From NCBI RefSeq assembly GCF_009914755.1, contig NC_060929.1: a DNA stretch of 64,000 nt. One strand, 5' to 3'. Positions 24,201 to 36,949 of the stretch are shown here, one piece after another (position 1 is the first letter of the stretch; each line of letters begins with the position of its first letter). This DNA comes from the human T2T-CHM13v2.0 reference genome, Homo sapiens. The translations under genes and the position numbers were made by a program. Under the pieces are notes generated by a model. That model was not told the origin of the DNA, ran no database searches, and was given only the letters and a program-made list of their open reading frames with translations.

Positions 24201-27200
24201 AAACTCTGTCAAGTTTCTGACTACAATCATTCTACTCCTATTAGCAGCTTGAGACCCTCTGATAAGGTATTAGAATGTGTTTGAGTTGAAGAATTATAAA
24301 TTCAGAAAGAAAGCATGAAAGAGGAAAGAGAATAAGAGCCACAGTTTCCTTCTTAAGTAATAATAACATGTCAGATCCTTAGCAAGCCTAGTGTCTTTAT
24401 CTATTTATTCTCAAAATTGAGCTGCTTATTTTCAAATAACCCATTTTTGTTAAGGGAATGGAGGGTATGAGCTACAAAAGAACTTCTCCTCATGAAAGCA
24501 CCTATTCAGCAGATGCTCCATTTCCTAAAACACTTAGTCTAGATAAACAAATGACAGCCAACAGAGATCTTCAAGTTTCCAATGATGAAACTTTAAAATA
24601 ATAAGTTCTGCTTCAGGTAGCACTGGGTGAAATAAAATCACAGAACACTATTCTCAAAAGTTGACTGCAAAGGCCGGGGGTTAATTGCATGGAGGGATGA
24701 TGGAGCTGCTGGGGTAGAACAGGTCAGAATGCACTGGCTGGCATGGATGCTGGATGCCCAGCCTAGAGGTCCCAGGGAGGAGAATCGCTAGTACCTTGGT
24801 AGCATATCCTAAGTGAAGTCCATGAATCATTTGTAGCTCCAGAGTTACACAAAATAAATCCTTGGATAAAGCATCTGCTCTACAAGGATGATGAGGGGAC
24901 GAGCACAAACCAGAGGAAAGGATACTCTGACAAGCTCAAACTATTGTAGCTATGAAGAATCAACAGAAAGTTGATTCCAAATATGTGTATAGTGGGAATC
25001 TATGTAAAATTCAGGAAAATCAGCTTTGCAACAGAATAAAGAGATAGCAAATGTGTTAAAGGTGAAGTCATTTGGAGAATGCAGTGGTTACCTTTTTTAC
25101 CATTATAAATATTGAAAATGTCATTTGTTACATCCAAGCTTGGAAGAGAGGAGGCATGGGGCTGTAAGTGAAGCATCTGTTTTTCTTCCTGGCTCTCTTC
25201 TGGCATGGGAAGACTGGTCTCCTTTTCCTTGTTGGAAGACGCTGGCTTTGAGGCTTGCCAACACACCCTACACACTCATGTTTGCTTGATGGCAGTGTCA
25301 TATTTTATAGGTTCTCACAACTTATCATGTCCAAATTTCCTGCCATTAATCACCAGTGCCTGCCATCTTCACATTTCTGAAATATAATCTAATGAATTTA
25401 CATTCACTGAAACAAACTCTTTTTCCTGGCTGCTGTAGCCCTGTGAAAGGAATAGAGATCTCTGGCAAGTTGTCAGGTCAAGTGCAATTCCACCAAGAAA
25501 GAATAACCATCTCAATTCTAGCATCAAGTTTTTTTCTAGAAAGCACTTTTGCAAATCTGTGATTGCTGTAGCATTAATTAGAAGAAACTTTGATTTTATT
25601 AGATAGCAGCAATTGACCTTGGTTAGCTTCCCAAGCTGAATTGAGGCTGACTGGCTGGTTGACAGGCTGGGTATTGTGACAAACGCCCTGACCATGCTGG
25701 TTTACCTCAAGTGATGTTAGCATTTAGACAAAACAATGCCCAAACCCCATTAAATGCAAAGACAACAGATGCATGTTAGAAAATAGTGAAATGAGAATGC
25801 ACATTAAATATACGACTCTTTCTGTAGAATAAATTTATACCATAAATATTAGAACTTATCGATTCCACATATTGGTAATAAAATACGTGTTATGTAGTTC
25901 TTGACCTCATTTTTATTACATATTCATTTAATGCCCACTAAAAGGCTACCATAGTGCATTAATTAAGATAGTATTAGCAATGATTAATAAAGTCCCAAAT
26001 AAGGCTGTGGTGGCAGAGATAAAGAGTTGAGAGCTGAAGGATATTTCTGATCTAGAACCCCCAGGAAAGTGCAGAGAAGAAACAAAGATTGCATAGCTAT
26101 GAGCTTTTCCTCTTGGGAGACACCGTTAACTAAGTGGGGGAAATAATTCAGTTCTGGGAGCATTTGATTCAAAGTGTCTATGAGACATGAAGAGAATGAA
26201 ATATTAACTATTTAACACAGGAAGCCTTGATGAATTAAAACGTCTGTCTGAAGATGCCCCCTCTCCTACTTAGATAAGCAGAATGGGGCCTTTGGGCAGA
26301 GGATCACAGTGCTCGCTGCTGGCAGTGACTAGACATGAGGTATATCTCAAGTAGATTTAAGAGATGGAATCTGGGGCAAAAGCATATTTTAAAAGCCAGG
26401 AGGATGATCTGACCACACGAATGAATGTCATTCTAATAAACTTCACTGTAGAAGAAATATCTCTTTGTTTTCTGAAGACAGATTTGATTTAAGACTCTAA
26501 GGGCCCACTTGTCCAATTGGTGGCATATTCCATTGCTATCACTGTGGCTCCCTCTCTCTCTTGGGACTGCACCATATCCTGGGGTGGGAGGAAGTCTTGC
26601 ATGATGCCTGAAAAAAAATGAAGTCCTCTGATTTTAAATCTTCTTGATATTAAATCTTTTGTGTTCACGGCTGGCATCCTCATTATTTAAGCCCTCATTG
26701 TCTCCTGTTATCTGATGGCTCACTGCTTCCACATTTCATGGGTCATGGGCAGCTCTGATGAAGCCAGTACCCTCTGTGCTTAGGGTCTCGCCCCTTGGTT
26801 GTCCATGGAAACATTTCTTTCTGGGGTCTTTGTGCCTCAAGGTACCAAGACCAGGTAGTTCTCCACTCCTCTGGGCATCTGCTGCTCTCTACTACCCCCA
26901 GCCTAGGGGAATCCCCTCCTGCACTTTCTACTTCTCCAAGCCCCTCTGTTTCTTCAGTTGAATCCTCCTGTCCCCAAAGGATTTAGAGTTAAGAAAACAC
27001 AAACCAGAAAATCTCACAAACTTACTGTTTTGCACTCTGCCACGGACTTGCCCTAAGGCAATGTATCAAAGAGCAGGCTCCCTGCTTTGATGAAGGGAGG
27101 AAAAGGGAAAAGCACAGCAGGAAAACAACTTCAATTCCTACCTCGAAATGTTATGTGGCTGCTTTAGCCCCGGCCCTGAAGGGGTTAGGGAGAGAGAAAT

Positions 27201-28339
27201 GCCAGGTTTTGAAACCAATGCAATGAAAAGCCTGGTGAACCCATAGATTGCAGGCTCAGAGAAGAGGGTGGGAGAGGAAACCTGAAGTCAGTCCTTCAGC
27301 TGGGGAGGAAGTGTTTGACCATCTCACCCTTCCATGATCAGGGGTACATAAAAATGAGGGGAGGGGAAGCCCTGTGATTTTTATTTTCTGTATTTCCTTT
27401 TGTAAGAGCTGCTAAAAGGTTTTCCTTCAAAAATAAGTTGGAATTACTCGATTTTCTGCAAACTGACGGATCTGCTGTTGTATTTCTGCTTCTTGGTATG
27501 CCTTTCACCCAAAACTCAGGGAACGGTGTTGCTGGAAGGCTGAGGGTGAGTAGAATGGGAACATTGGTTGGTCTACTCACTGCTGGCCTGGACTCAGTTA
27601 TTGGTTAACTCGCGGCACAGAAAAACCACAGCTGATGGTGCTCTTTCAAAGTAAATCAGCATTCTAGGCACTGAAAGGGAAACTAGGTTTGAGGGAATTG
27701 CAAAGACAGGCTGAGAAAAGATCAAACCACAGAAGGTCAGGTACCACCAAGAGGTTTACTGGCAGAATGAGGTAGCCTTTTTATTGAAGAATGTAGGCAG
27801 CTGGGGAAAGACATCAAAGGAGATTGTCTATTCACAACTCCCTCATTCCGCTGTGGCCTGCATCTTTGAGTCTGCCCAGAAAAGATCAAGAGGAAAGAGA
27901 GCAGGGAGTGGGGAGAAAGCCTCTGCTCAGCAGGTGCTGATGTGACTGAGGAGTGGCATGGATGTCTGATGAAGGGAGGGGCGAGGCAGAGCTGTGCCTG
28001 CCACAGGTTTAATGCAGAAGTCAATCTGGGAGGGGCGGTGTGAAGTGACAGAGGCGCCCAGGGCTGCTCTCCCTTTCCCTGCCAGGTGGTGACAAGCTTT
28101 AGTAACTTCATCATGCACTGTGCACAATTGTAGCTTCATTCAGTTGTCTAGGAGGGGCTGGATATGAACTGGTAGGTGTGTAGCCAAACACAGAATGGGA
28201 CATCATCATGATGAAGACCCCAGGAGTCAACAGAGCCAACCATGCAAACCACTTTTCCTTGCTAGACCTTATTTGTCTCACCTGTGAAACAATACACTTA
28301 AGGAGTTGTGAGTATTAAACCAGACCATACATTTCTTAT

Positions 28340-28800
28340 TTGTCTATTCATCAATTTTTTTTTTCTGGTGGTCAGGAATAGCAGTGCAAAAAATAAAGTC
28401 TCTGCCTCCATGGAAGATACAGACAATAAGCAACTCAACTTAGAAATATAAAGAGAGTGTCAGGTCCTGAGAAGTGATAGGAGGGAAAACACAGCAGAGT
28501 AGACAGGGTGATGGAGGATGCAGCTTCAGACAGGGTCTCTGATGGGGGCAGACACAAATGAAGCAGTGGGGGCAAGCCATTCTGCTCTCTAGGGGAAGAG
28601 CATTTTAGGCAGGGGAACAGCAAAGACAACACTGAGAGTGGAACCAGTTTGGTGTGTTTGGGGAATGGCCAGAGGCCAGTGATAAAGGAAGGTGATAAAG
28701 GAAGGAGTCACAGCAAATGAGGTTAGAGACGTAGCTGGATCACCTGGGGCCGTGATAGCCATCAGAAAGACCTAGGATATTATTTTAAGTTTGTTGGAAA
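28340..28800 (-). mobile_element. L2 fragment
   Basis: AAAGTCTCTGCCTCCATGGA; GGGGAAGAGCATTTTAGGCAGGGGAACAGCAAAG; TTTGGTGTGTTTGGGGAATGGCCAGAGGCCAGTG. Confidence 0.8.
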
Positions 28801-28829
28801 ACCCTAACATATGTGAAGAGTTTCACTAA

Positions 28830-29012
28830 AACAGGTATGGAACACTTCCTATGTGCCAGGCCTCTTCTAGGCACTTTATTAATTCAGTCCTCACACAACT
28901 CTGTGATGGGGCCCAGAAGGTGAAGTGACTTGTCCACGATCACATGGCTGGCCGGTGGCAGAGCCAGAATTTGAACTAAGGCAGGCTACCTTCAGATTAA
29001 TGTTCCTGACTT
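28830..29012 (-). mobile_element. MIR
   Basis: CTATGTGCCAGGC..TCCTCACACAACTCTGTGA..GGTGAAGTGACTTGTCCACGATCACA..GGTGGCAGAGCCAGAATTTGAAC. Confidence 0.82.
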
Positions 29013-29079
29013 TCTTCTCCCTTTGCTCAATGTCTGGAACATAGGAAATACTCATGACCTGATTTTACTGTTGCTGTTT

Positions 29080-29595
29080 CAACTCATCAATGGCTTCCTG
29101 TTTTCCTAGAAAAACATCCCGACTCCCCAGTAGAGTCTGCAAACTCTGCTGCCGTGGCTCTGCCGTCTTCTGTGGCCACTTGCTCCCTTCCTCAGGCTCT
29201 ATCCTCCAGGCACTGTGGTCCTGCAGCTTCCTGAGCATGTCTACCCTCTGCCCTCTTTGGGAACTTCGCACATGCTAAAGCCTCTGCCTGGAATGCTCTT
29301 CTTTCCAGGGAGCCTATGGCTAGTGTTGCTCATCCTCCTCTTCTCAGAGGAGACTTCTGACCCACATACCTAATAGTAGTTCCTGTGATTATAGTAGCAG
29401 CACCTTGTGATTTTCTTTGTTGGTTTCTTGTTTCTTCATGAGCTTGTTACGTGCAGATTATTTCATGTATTTATTTGCTTGCTGTTTTCGTTTTGTATCT
29501 CTTATCTATGAGACTATAAGCTCCATTTGGCTTGTTTCCTTGCAATCCCTGGGGCTAACATTCAAAACATTTTTTGAATAAAGACGTGAATGGAC
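29080..29595 (+). mobile_element. L2 3' fragment
   Basis: CAATGGCTTCC; CCTCTGCCTGGAATGCTCTT; AGACTATAAGCTCCAT; TTTTTGAATAAA end. Confidence 0.78.
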
Positions 29596-29984
29596 AAATT
29601 ATTTTTTAAAGCAGGATTTTATAGGAAATTCAAATGATTTTTTCCTTTTTCAACAATACATCTAGTTGGAGATGGCATGATTGAAGTGTCATATTCAGTT
29701 ACATCAAAGTGCTCATGGTTTCTTTCCCTGTAGATGAAAAGATTTTGAGTTTTGCACAGTGACAAAACAAAACTTTGACTTACCTTTCAAAATTTAAATC
29801 CCTAATTTTATGCATTATTGACAGTTCTTTCATGTTGCTACCAGTTATAATTTGTTTTTTCTCATGGGATGTATTCTAGAAGTCAAGAGACATCTAAATA
29901 ATTATTTTTCTAGCCTAAATGGGTAATATTATATGCAAATGTTTAGAAAACATAATTCTTTGATGAATCATTTATTAATTAATG

Positions 29985-30335
29985 CATTAATTTATTCAAA
30001 CATTAATTGAATGCATCTATGAAATAGGTATTGTGCTACACCCTGAAGCAAAAAGATATGTCAAATGCTTTCTTCCCAATAAGTTTATAATTTAATGAGA
30101 AAGACGATTAAGCAAAATTACAGCCCAGTATGACAAACACTGTACTAGAAGGAAGCCCAAGACATTGTGGAGTATGTGAGGGGGCAGGGAACACATGCCC
30201 AGGGTGGCTTCCTGAGGATGCAGCTGAAATGAGCTCCGTAAGCCAAAGGTGAAGCAGGAATCAGGAATGGCTGAGGGAATAGGGTGTGCAAAGGTGCAGG
30301 GGTGGAAACAGCCTAGAACATTCCAGGAGCTCCAG
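29985..30335 (-). mobile_element. L2 3' fragment
   Basis: TTTATTCAAACATTAATTGAATGCATCTATG..GGTATTGTGCTA; GGCTTCCTGAGGA; GGGAATAGGGTGTGCAAAGG. Confidence 0.72.
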
Positions 30336-30399
30336 TCAGAGCAGTTAGCGCCAATCCTACATGTACATTCTCAAAGTGCTCTATGTTGGCAACTACACA

Positions 30400-30780
30400 A
30401 ACACAAGCTCCATTGTCTGGCTCTCAGATCCCTCCACATGTTGACCTTACCCCTTCTCCAGGAGCTTCTCTCTCCTCCATTCAGGGTAATCCTGTGCATG
30501 CTATACTTATTCCAACCTGTAAACCTTTGCTCATGATATTCCTTATCCATAAGCCCCCTTCCTACCTTTCATAGCCCGTTTCAGCTATTGCCTCTTCCAG
30601 GAAGCCCTGTCTGATTATACCTGTCCATGGTGATCACTCCCAGTTCTGAACTGATTTTGGTCCCTAAAGACAATTCCTTAAAAACCCATTTCATTATCTT
30701 TTAATTATTTGGGGGTGTTAAGTTTGCATTCCCAACTCATTTGTGAATTTGGTAATGGTAGGTACCGTTTGTGACTTTAA
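30400..30780 (+). mobile_element. Degenerate L2 fragment
   Basis: CCTACCTTTCATAGCCCGTTTCAGCTATTGCCTCTTCCAGGAAGCCCTGTCTGATT. Confidence 0.6.
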
Positions 30781-30999
30781 ATTTTTTGTCTAGCTCAGTG
30801 GGCCATGACAAACACTTTCAGTCAGTACCAGAACTTAATTAATATTAACTGGACACTTTTTTCATGGGCACTGCTGTATGCTGATTGTGGTTTGTAGTCC
30901 CTAGCCTTTTGTATACCGGGTGATCAAATGGACAAGTTTTATTTCTCCTACACTAACTTATCTTGTGACCTTGAACAATTAAAAACAATCAACTAGATC

Positions 31000-31380
31000 T
31001 GCTTTCTATATCAACATGTAAGCGTCACTGGAATGCAAAGTCGAGTGGAAATAGCAACTTGTAGAATGGTACAACATGATGCAATTTATGTAAACTTTGA
31101 AAAATAACGGTATACTATATTTTTAATGAGTGTAAACATAAAAAAAATTTTTAAATGGACTAGAAGAATATACATGCAGTTCATGGTAAAGGTTGACACT
31201 GGATTAGGAGAAGGTGGTCGAAGAAGATTATACTATGATCTATTTTGATTTTACAAAATAAAACATTCTAAGTAAAGAAGACAAAATATTTTCAATGGTT
31301 AATACTATTTTTCCAGTGGTTCATATGTTATTGGATTGTTTGTTTTATTAGTCTTTATATTTTTCTCCATTTTAAACACT
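31000..31380 (+). mobile_element. L1ME 3' fragment
   Basis: TATATCAACATG..GTCGAGTGGAAATAGCAACTTGTAGAAT..CAACATGATGCAATTTATGTAAA. Confidence 0.6.
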
Positions 31381-32239
31381 TCTCAAACTCCAAATCACAC
31401 ATAGGCACACAGAAATTACATGTGTGTTTACAGCTGGAACATTTAGGAAAATTGGAGACAAGGAATGTGTAGATATAGCTTGAACAGCTCAATTATTGTG
31501 AGTAGAAAATTTTTCTTGTAAAATATTCAAGCTCCTGCTATTTTACCATTATAGCTCCTTGTAGCTCAAGATACAATTCTAGTAAAAATAAATTCTGTAG
31601 CCTTTGCATGGTCTTTGGTTTTAATGTAGGCTTCCTGAGTTAATGTGGGAGCTGCCCTGAAGGACTTCAGCTCACTCTTTCTGAACCAACAGAAGCTTTC
31701 TCTGTGTCTTTTCTGAACTGTATGATTTCAGGTGAGGTTAATGAGCATTAGTTATACCAGTAGGTGGACTATATGGGTCCTGAATTTCAATGCCTGAACC
31801 CTTGTCATTTTAAGGTTGATAGTGACTCAGGAGAGTTACAAATAAGTAGATAGCATCAAGGGGCTGATCATTAACATTCTCATAAAAGCTGAGAGGGTGG
31901 GTGGAGGGATCAGCAGTGATCTAGAGCCCGGAGGACCTGAGGACATCACCAACTTACAGGGCCTGAATTGCTCTCACTTAAACTCACATCAGTGGAAAAG
32001 ATGGGAAGACTTTAAATGAACAGATTGAGCTGATTCAACAAGACTGTGTGACCTTCCAACCAAGTTCAGCCTGAGGAGATAATAAAGACACAATCGAACC
32101 CAAATGAGAGGGCCCAGTTGTTTTAATAATAACTCACAGAGAAGGAAGTTTCTTTGAAATCCAAGTCTGCTTAGGCTCCTAGAAAATAGGTCTTGAAGTA
32201 GACATTTAAAAATTCTTTAAAATTATGTATGAACTTACA

Positions 32240-32415
32240 TTCATATATGTATGTACTTGCATTTATATATATATATATACACACACACCCCCACATAAAC
32301 AGGTAAAACATATATATGAGTGATATACATGATGTATATATCGTAATATATAAATATATATAACATATATAAAATATATATATAGATCACAACAAATACA
32401 GATCACAACAAATCA
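32240..32415. repeat. TA/CA-rich simple repeat followed by a 16-bp-period duplication (AGATCACAACAAAT x2)
   Basis: Read directly. Confidence 0.85.
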
Positions 32416-32699
32416 GTCCTATGATCAGTAAATGCATGGTGAGTGATTGTCATGAATAGACAAGCTTAGTAATGCTTTTCTCCTGAATTTCTTATTGTTG
32501 ATGAATATTTGTTAATCCTCCTGAAGTGGGCTGAAATTTCAGGACAAAGGGTAACAACTGGGACAACCAGGGAATTGGGGATCTGGGGAAGGATAAGGAA
32601 TGACAAGTCTCCCACAGCCAGGAGAGCTCCCACTGTCACCAGCATATTCATTCTTGTCTCCCCAGCTGGGCTTACTTGTGGAGCAGCCACTTGCCAGTC

Positions 32700-32890
32700 T
32701 CTGTTCTAGGCACTAGACATACACCTTCTCATGGAATCCTCACCGCAAGACCCATAAGGTACAAGTACCTCATTTTCAGAACTGAAGGCTTGGGTTAAGT
32801 AGCTTTGCTCAGTTAGGTAACCAAGAGGTGGCAGAGGTGGGATTTGACCTTCATTTGGCTGGCTCCCGATGCCTGCATTAATAACTACCA
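32700..32890 (-). mobile_element. MIR
   Basis: AATCCTCACCGCAAGACCCATAAGGTA..CCTCATTTT..GGTGGCAGAGGTGGGATTTGA. Confidence 0.75.
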
Positions 32891-33139
32891 GTAAGGATAA
32901 TTTTGACCACAGGCAACAGCAGATGGAAGGTGCTTCCTCTCTAATACAAGGGAGAAACATCACCATTCAGGACAGTTTAGGCTGCAATTAAAGGTATATA
33001 CAGGTATAAACAACCTCAGCAGTTTTAAGAACCATAGAATATTCATCCACCATGTAAAGATGCTTCCAAACCACACACCTGAGATAAGACCTTTTGGGTA
33101 TCTGCTCTCCACTGGGTAGAAGACAGAGTCTTCTGGGGA

Positions 33140-33355
33140 ATGAGCATGGCTTTGGAGCCAGTTAAACTTGTGATCAAATCCCAGTCTTGCCATTTAAATT
33201 TGCAGCCTTAGAAAGTTACTTAATCTCACTGAGTTTCAGTTTCTGAAGCTCTAAAATGGTGACAGCAGTACCTACCTTGCAGGGGTAGTCTGAATACTGG
33301 AGAGAAACAGCAAGCAGCACATGGTCAGTACTCAATGGACAGCAGTTATTATTAT
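33140..33355 (+). mobile_element. MIR
   Basis: GAGCATGGCTTTGGAGCCAG..CAAATCCCAGTCTTGCCATTTA..AAGTTACTTAATCTCACTGAGTTTCAGTTT. Confidence 0.85.
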
Positions 33356-33579
33356 TAATAACACCAATTATACATATTTGTTGGACATTGAACTTACAGA
33401 AAACAGTGCACTGGACAAAATAGACCTAGACCCACAGGTGGACAGTACAGAGTTCCCTGTGAAAACGCCCTTGCTTTTGCTGAACAAGGGCGCCGAGGCT
33501 TAATGGAGGAGCACACGGTAACCTCCATCCAAATTTTATAAGGTGGTTGATCCACAGAACCTTGAATGGTTAAACTTTA

Positions 33580-33810
33580 ATAGCCAACAGTTAACAATTA
33601 CTTTGTGCCAGGCACTTTTTAAAGTGTTTTACATATATTAGTCTTTTAATCATTTAATCCTCACAATAACACCATTAGGTAGATAACTATTTTGGCCTCA
33701 TTTTACAGTTGAAGAAACAGGCACAGAGTATTTAGATGTGTTGCCCAAAGTCACAGGCCTTAAGTGGCAGAGCTGGAATTTAAATTCTGGCAGTCCATCT
33801 CCAAAGACCT
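33580..33810 (-). mobile_element. MIR
   Basis: TTACTTTGTGCCAGGCACT..CATTTAATCCTCACAATAAC..CATTTTACAGTTGAAGAAACAGGCACAGAG. Confidence 0.88.
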
Positions 33811-34289
33811 GGAACACTTGGGGGCAATACTTGGCATTTACAGCCCTGCAGGTTTTGCTATTGTGATAGAGTTGTGTGCAAAGCAAAATGGCAGCTAGTG
33901 GAAGGAGTTCCTCCACCTCAGCAATACAAAGGCTCACTACCCAGAGTTAAAGACATGCTTCTTCTCAGGATGACGTCACTAGCATCTAATTTTAGAGCCG
34001 TTAGGTAGCAGGGATTCTAACCAATATTTACTGAAATCAAACTAAATGCACATTTTAACATCTTGGAAATATATTTGCCTTAGTGACATGCTAAGTGGGT
34101 ACAATGTCAAGGCAAGATCACAGACGACAACATCTTTGTTAGCCATATACAGGCCAGCTTTTGTGATGTTATTTTTTTGGGGAAGTCGTGTGTTTTGTTG
34201 ATTGATTTATATAAACTCCAACTTCTTTTATGCTGCAAATTTTGCTTGTTTCCCTGTCACAAATTTATCTTGTTTGTAGTACAGAGTGT

Positions 34290-34641
34290 TCTATGGTCCA
34301 AATGTTTGTGTTCCCCTAAAATTCGTGTGTTGAAACCTAACCACCAATGTGAAAGTATTCGGAGGTGGGGCCATTGGGAAGTGATTACGTCTTGGGGTGG
34401 AGCCCTCATGAATGGGATTAATGTCCTTACAAAAGGAGCTAGAGAGACAATCCTCACTCTTTCCACCATGTGAAGACATGTCTGGTGAGGGCCAGAAAGC
34501 AGATTCTCACCAGAAACCAAATCTGCTAACACGTTGATCTTGGACTTCCCAGCTTCCCAAACTGTGAGAAAGAAATTTATATTGTTTATAAGCTACCCAG
34601 GTTATGGTATTTTGTTATAGTAGCTTGAACAGACTAAGACA
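34290..34641 (+). mobile_element. MLT1A0-type solo LTR, complete
   Basis: (T)CTATGGTCCAAATGTTTGTG...AGACTAAGACA; 5-bp TSD AGTGT at 34285-34289 and 34642-34646. Confidence 0.9.
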
Positions 34642-35805
34642 AGTGTATTTGGGGCTCAAATGAATGTGGTAGCCAAAGGCATTCAGACGCTAGGAGTTCT
34701 GAAATATTTGAATGCTTTTCAGTTAGACATAAGGAAACAAATAGCAAGGTAGTAAGGAGCACTTAGGGGAACACACAGCTGCTCAATTTTAATCTGCCCA
34801 TTCTCATTTATAACATAGACCTAGAGAGCTATAGCTTTACTTTTTTGTGCCACAGAGAGTGGTTGGGTCCTAGATTTTTATTCTTGACTACAGAAAGCAT
34901 TGGCATAATCATTTCTACCAAATAGGTAGGTGATTTGTGATCTGGGTAACACAACACCAATATTCTGTTATGTAGTTATCATCGGTAACATGTCCAGGAA
35001 ACTGCATGAGTTTGGGCAACTCCATCTTTTATTAGGCAAATCTGAATCTGCAGAGCTTTATTCACTTGGATTTCACAATTGAACTTGTGATTGCTGGACC
35101 TGGCTTTGCCCACTGGGGAGAAGGCCTTACTAAATGTACAGATAAGTCTAGGCTTGGACAAAATGCAGATGTTGGTGAACTTTTCAATGTTGATTCTTCC
35201 TAACTAGCATCACCTTTTCCTACCATGATGATGTCCACTGTGAATCATGCCTGTGCCTTCATCTTCTTTCTCTCCTTCTCCTAGCAAACTTGGGACTTGA
35301 GAAATAATTTGATAAAATCACTTACAGTAATAGGTAATTGGTAAGGTTTAATTATTTTTTACTATATTCTGGTATATTTGCATTTTAATAGAACTTCAGC
35401 TTTTCTACGAAGGACTAAATATAATCTTGAGGTAAGGAACTGGTCAAGCTAGTGTATTTTTGGAATTGAATATTTCTTTTTAGTACCCACGAACACATAA
35501 ATGGCTATTTTTACTGCATACCTAAAGGCTTGATCTTGCATATTAGATACATATCTTTTAAAGAAATGCATAGCTTGTTGAGAAAAAAAACTGTATATCA
35601 AGTCTGTTTGTTAAATATTAAAGGCAAATAATGAGAATAATTGTAAATGATTCTAACAGTGTGTCAACAAGGTTTGATAATACATGTGCTTATAAAGATT
35701 AGCAAGTTATTTTACGTATAAACTTGATGTTAAAATAAACATTTCCATAATTTGAATTTTGCACTACTTTTGAGTATAATAACATAGCTATGAGGCCTTA
35801 TAGAT

Positions 35806-35988
35806 TAGTGTTTTCAAAGTATGTTCTCTGTATTAGCAACTTCAGCATGACCTGGGAACTTGTTGGAAACACATTCTTGGGCTCTACCTGAGAGCTACCA
35901 AATCAGAGACTTTGGAGGTGGGCCCAGCAATCTGTGTTTTAACAAGCTCTCTGGGTAATTTCAATGCACACTAAAGTTTAAGAACTGG
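35806..35988. mobile_element. MER5A (hAT-Charlie MITE)
   Basis: TAGTGTTTTCAAAGT..CCTGGGAACTTGTTGGAAA..AATCAGAGACT..GGGCCCAGCAATCTGTGTTTTAACAAG..CACTAAAGTTTAAGAAC. Confidence 0.9.
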
Positions 35989-36949
35989 GCTTGTAGATGA
36001 CTATGTTTGAATTCATCCTAATTCACAGATAAGTAAATTAAGGGTCAGAAAGATTAAGAGGTCGAGCTGAGCTGCTGATTTTTAGCAGTGTTCTTTCAAC
36101 TGTTCTCAGATAAGTCCTCTCAGCTAATCAATCTGAATGAGAGAGGTTTGGTGCAGTATCTCTGATTGACAGGACAGTCAAATCTCTTCCTGATTGTGTG
36201 GCTTTACCCTTGTAAAGGCCTGAGGGTGAGACTTGAACAACTTCAATCTCTCAGAGCCTCTTAGGGATCAGGCTGCTCCATATTTGCTCTCTTTAAAAAG
36301 ATCAGCACTCATTTTCCTTTAAAGTTAGAGTTAGTCTGCCTGAGTTGCATACAAATAAGATGAATGAATTCATTACCAAAAGCTAGATTAAGTTTTGCAG
36401 CTGTTCTGCCTGGGGATCTAGTAGACAGAGGGGCCGGCACAACTGAAAATCCTTTAGTGATCAAGGCAGTCTGAAAATGCAATCTTTTGTGGTAAGTAGC
36501 ATTCAGAAATACTGAAATGAAGTGAAAAAATAAAATGACTTTTGACTAAACATGTGGGAAATGGGGAAATCCTAGGGTGCCACCAAACATGTATCAGAGC
36601 TGTGGAAAGTGGATGCTGTCTTTTCATCCAGCTCACCACAAGAGGAATGCAACTCAGGAATGTAGGGATGATAATTTGCATCCAAAATTTCAAAGTGGCT
36701 TTACACATTTTAGGACAAATACAGATGTTTGCCACTTTACAAGCTCACTTATCCAGTTATCTCTAATTTGCAACCTCTGAACTAGGCAATGTCCAGGAAC
36801 TGATTTCTTCTTACCTGGTATCCTAGTATAAGGAATGCCAACATGTACATTTATCATCTTTCCTTCATGAATGATGCCATTTATCACTCCAATATTTTAA
36901 AATTACTTCTATGTTCTAAGACTATTCTGGGATTGTTTTCTGTTTCCTT

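Noticed and set aside
32700-33810. Inverted MIR trio as a dsRNA or miRNA source
   Set aside because: Copies are too diverged from each other for a long stem; the arrangement is common by chance
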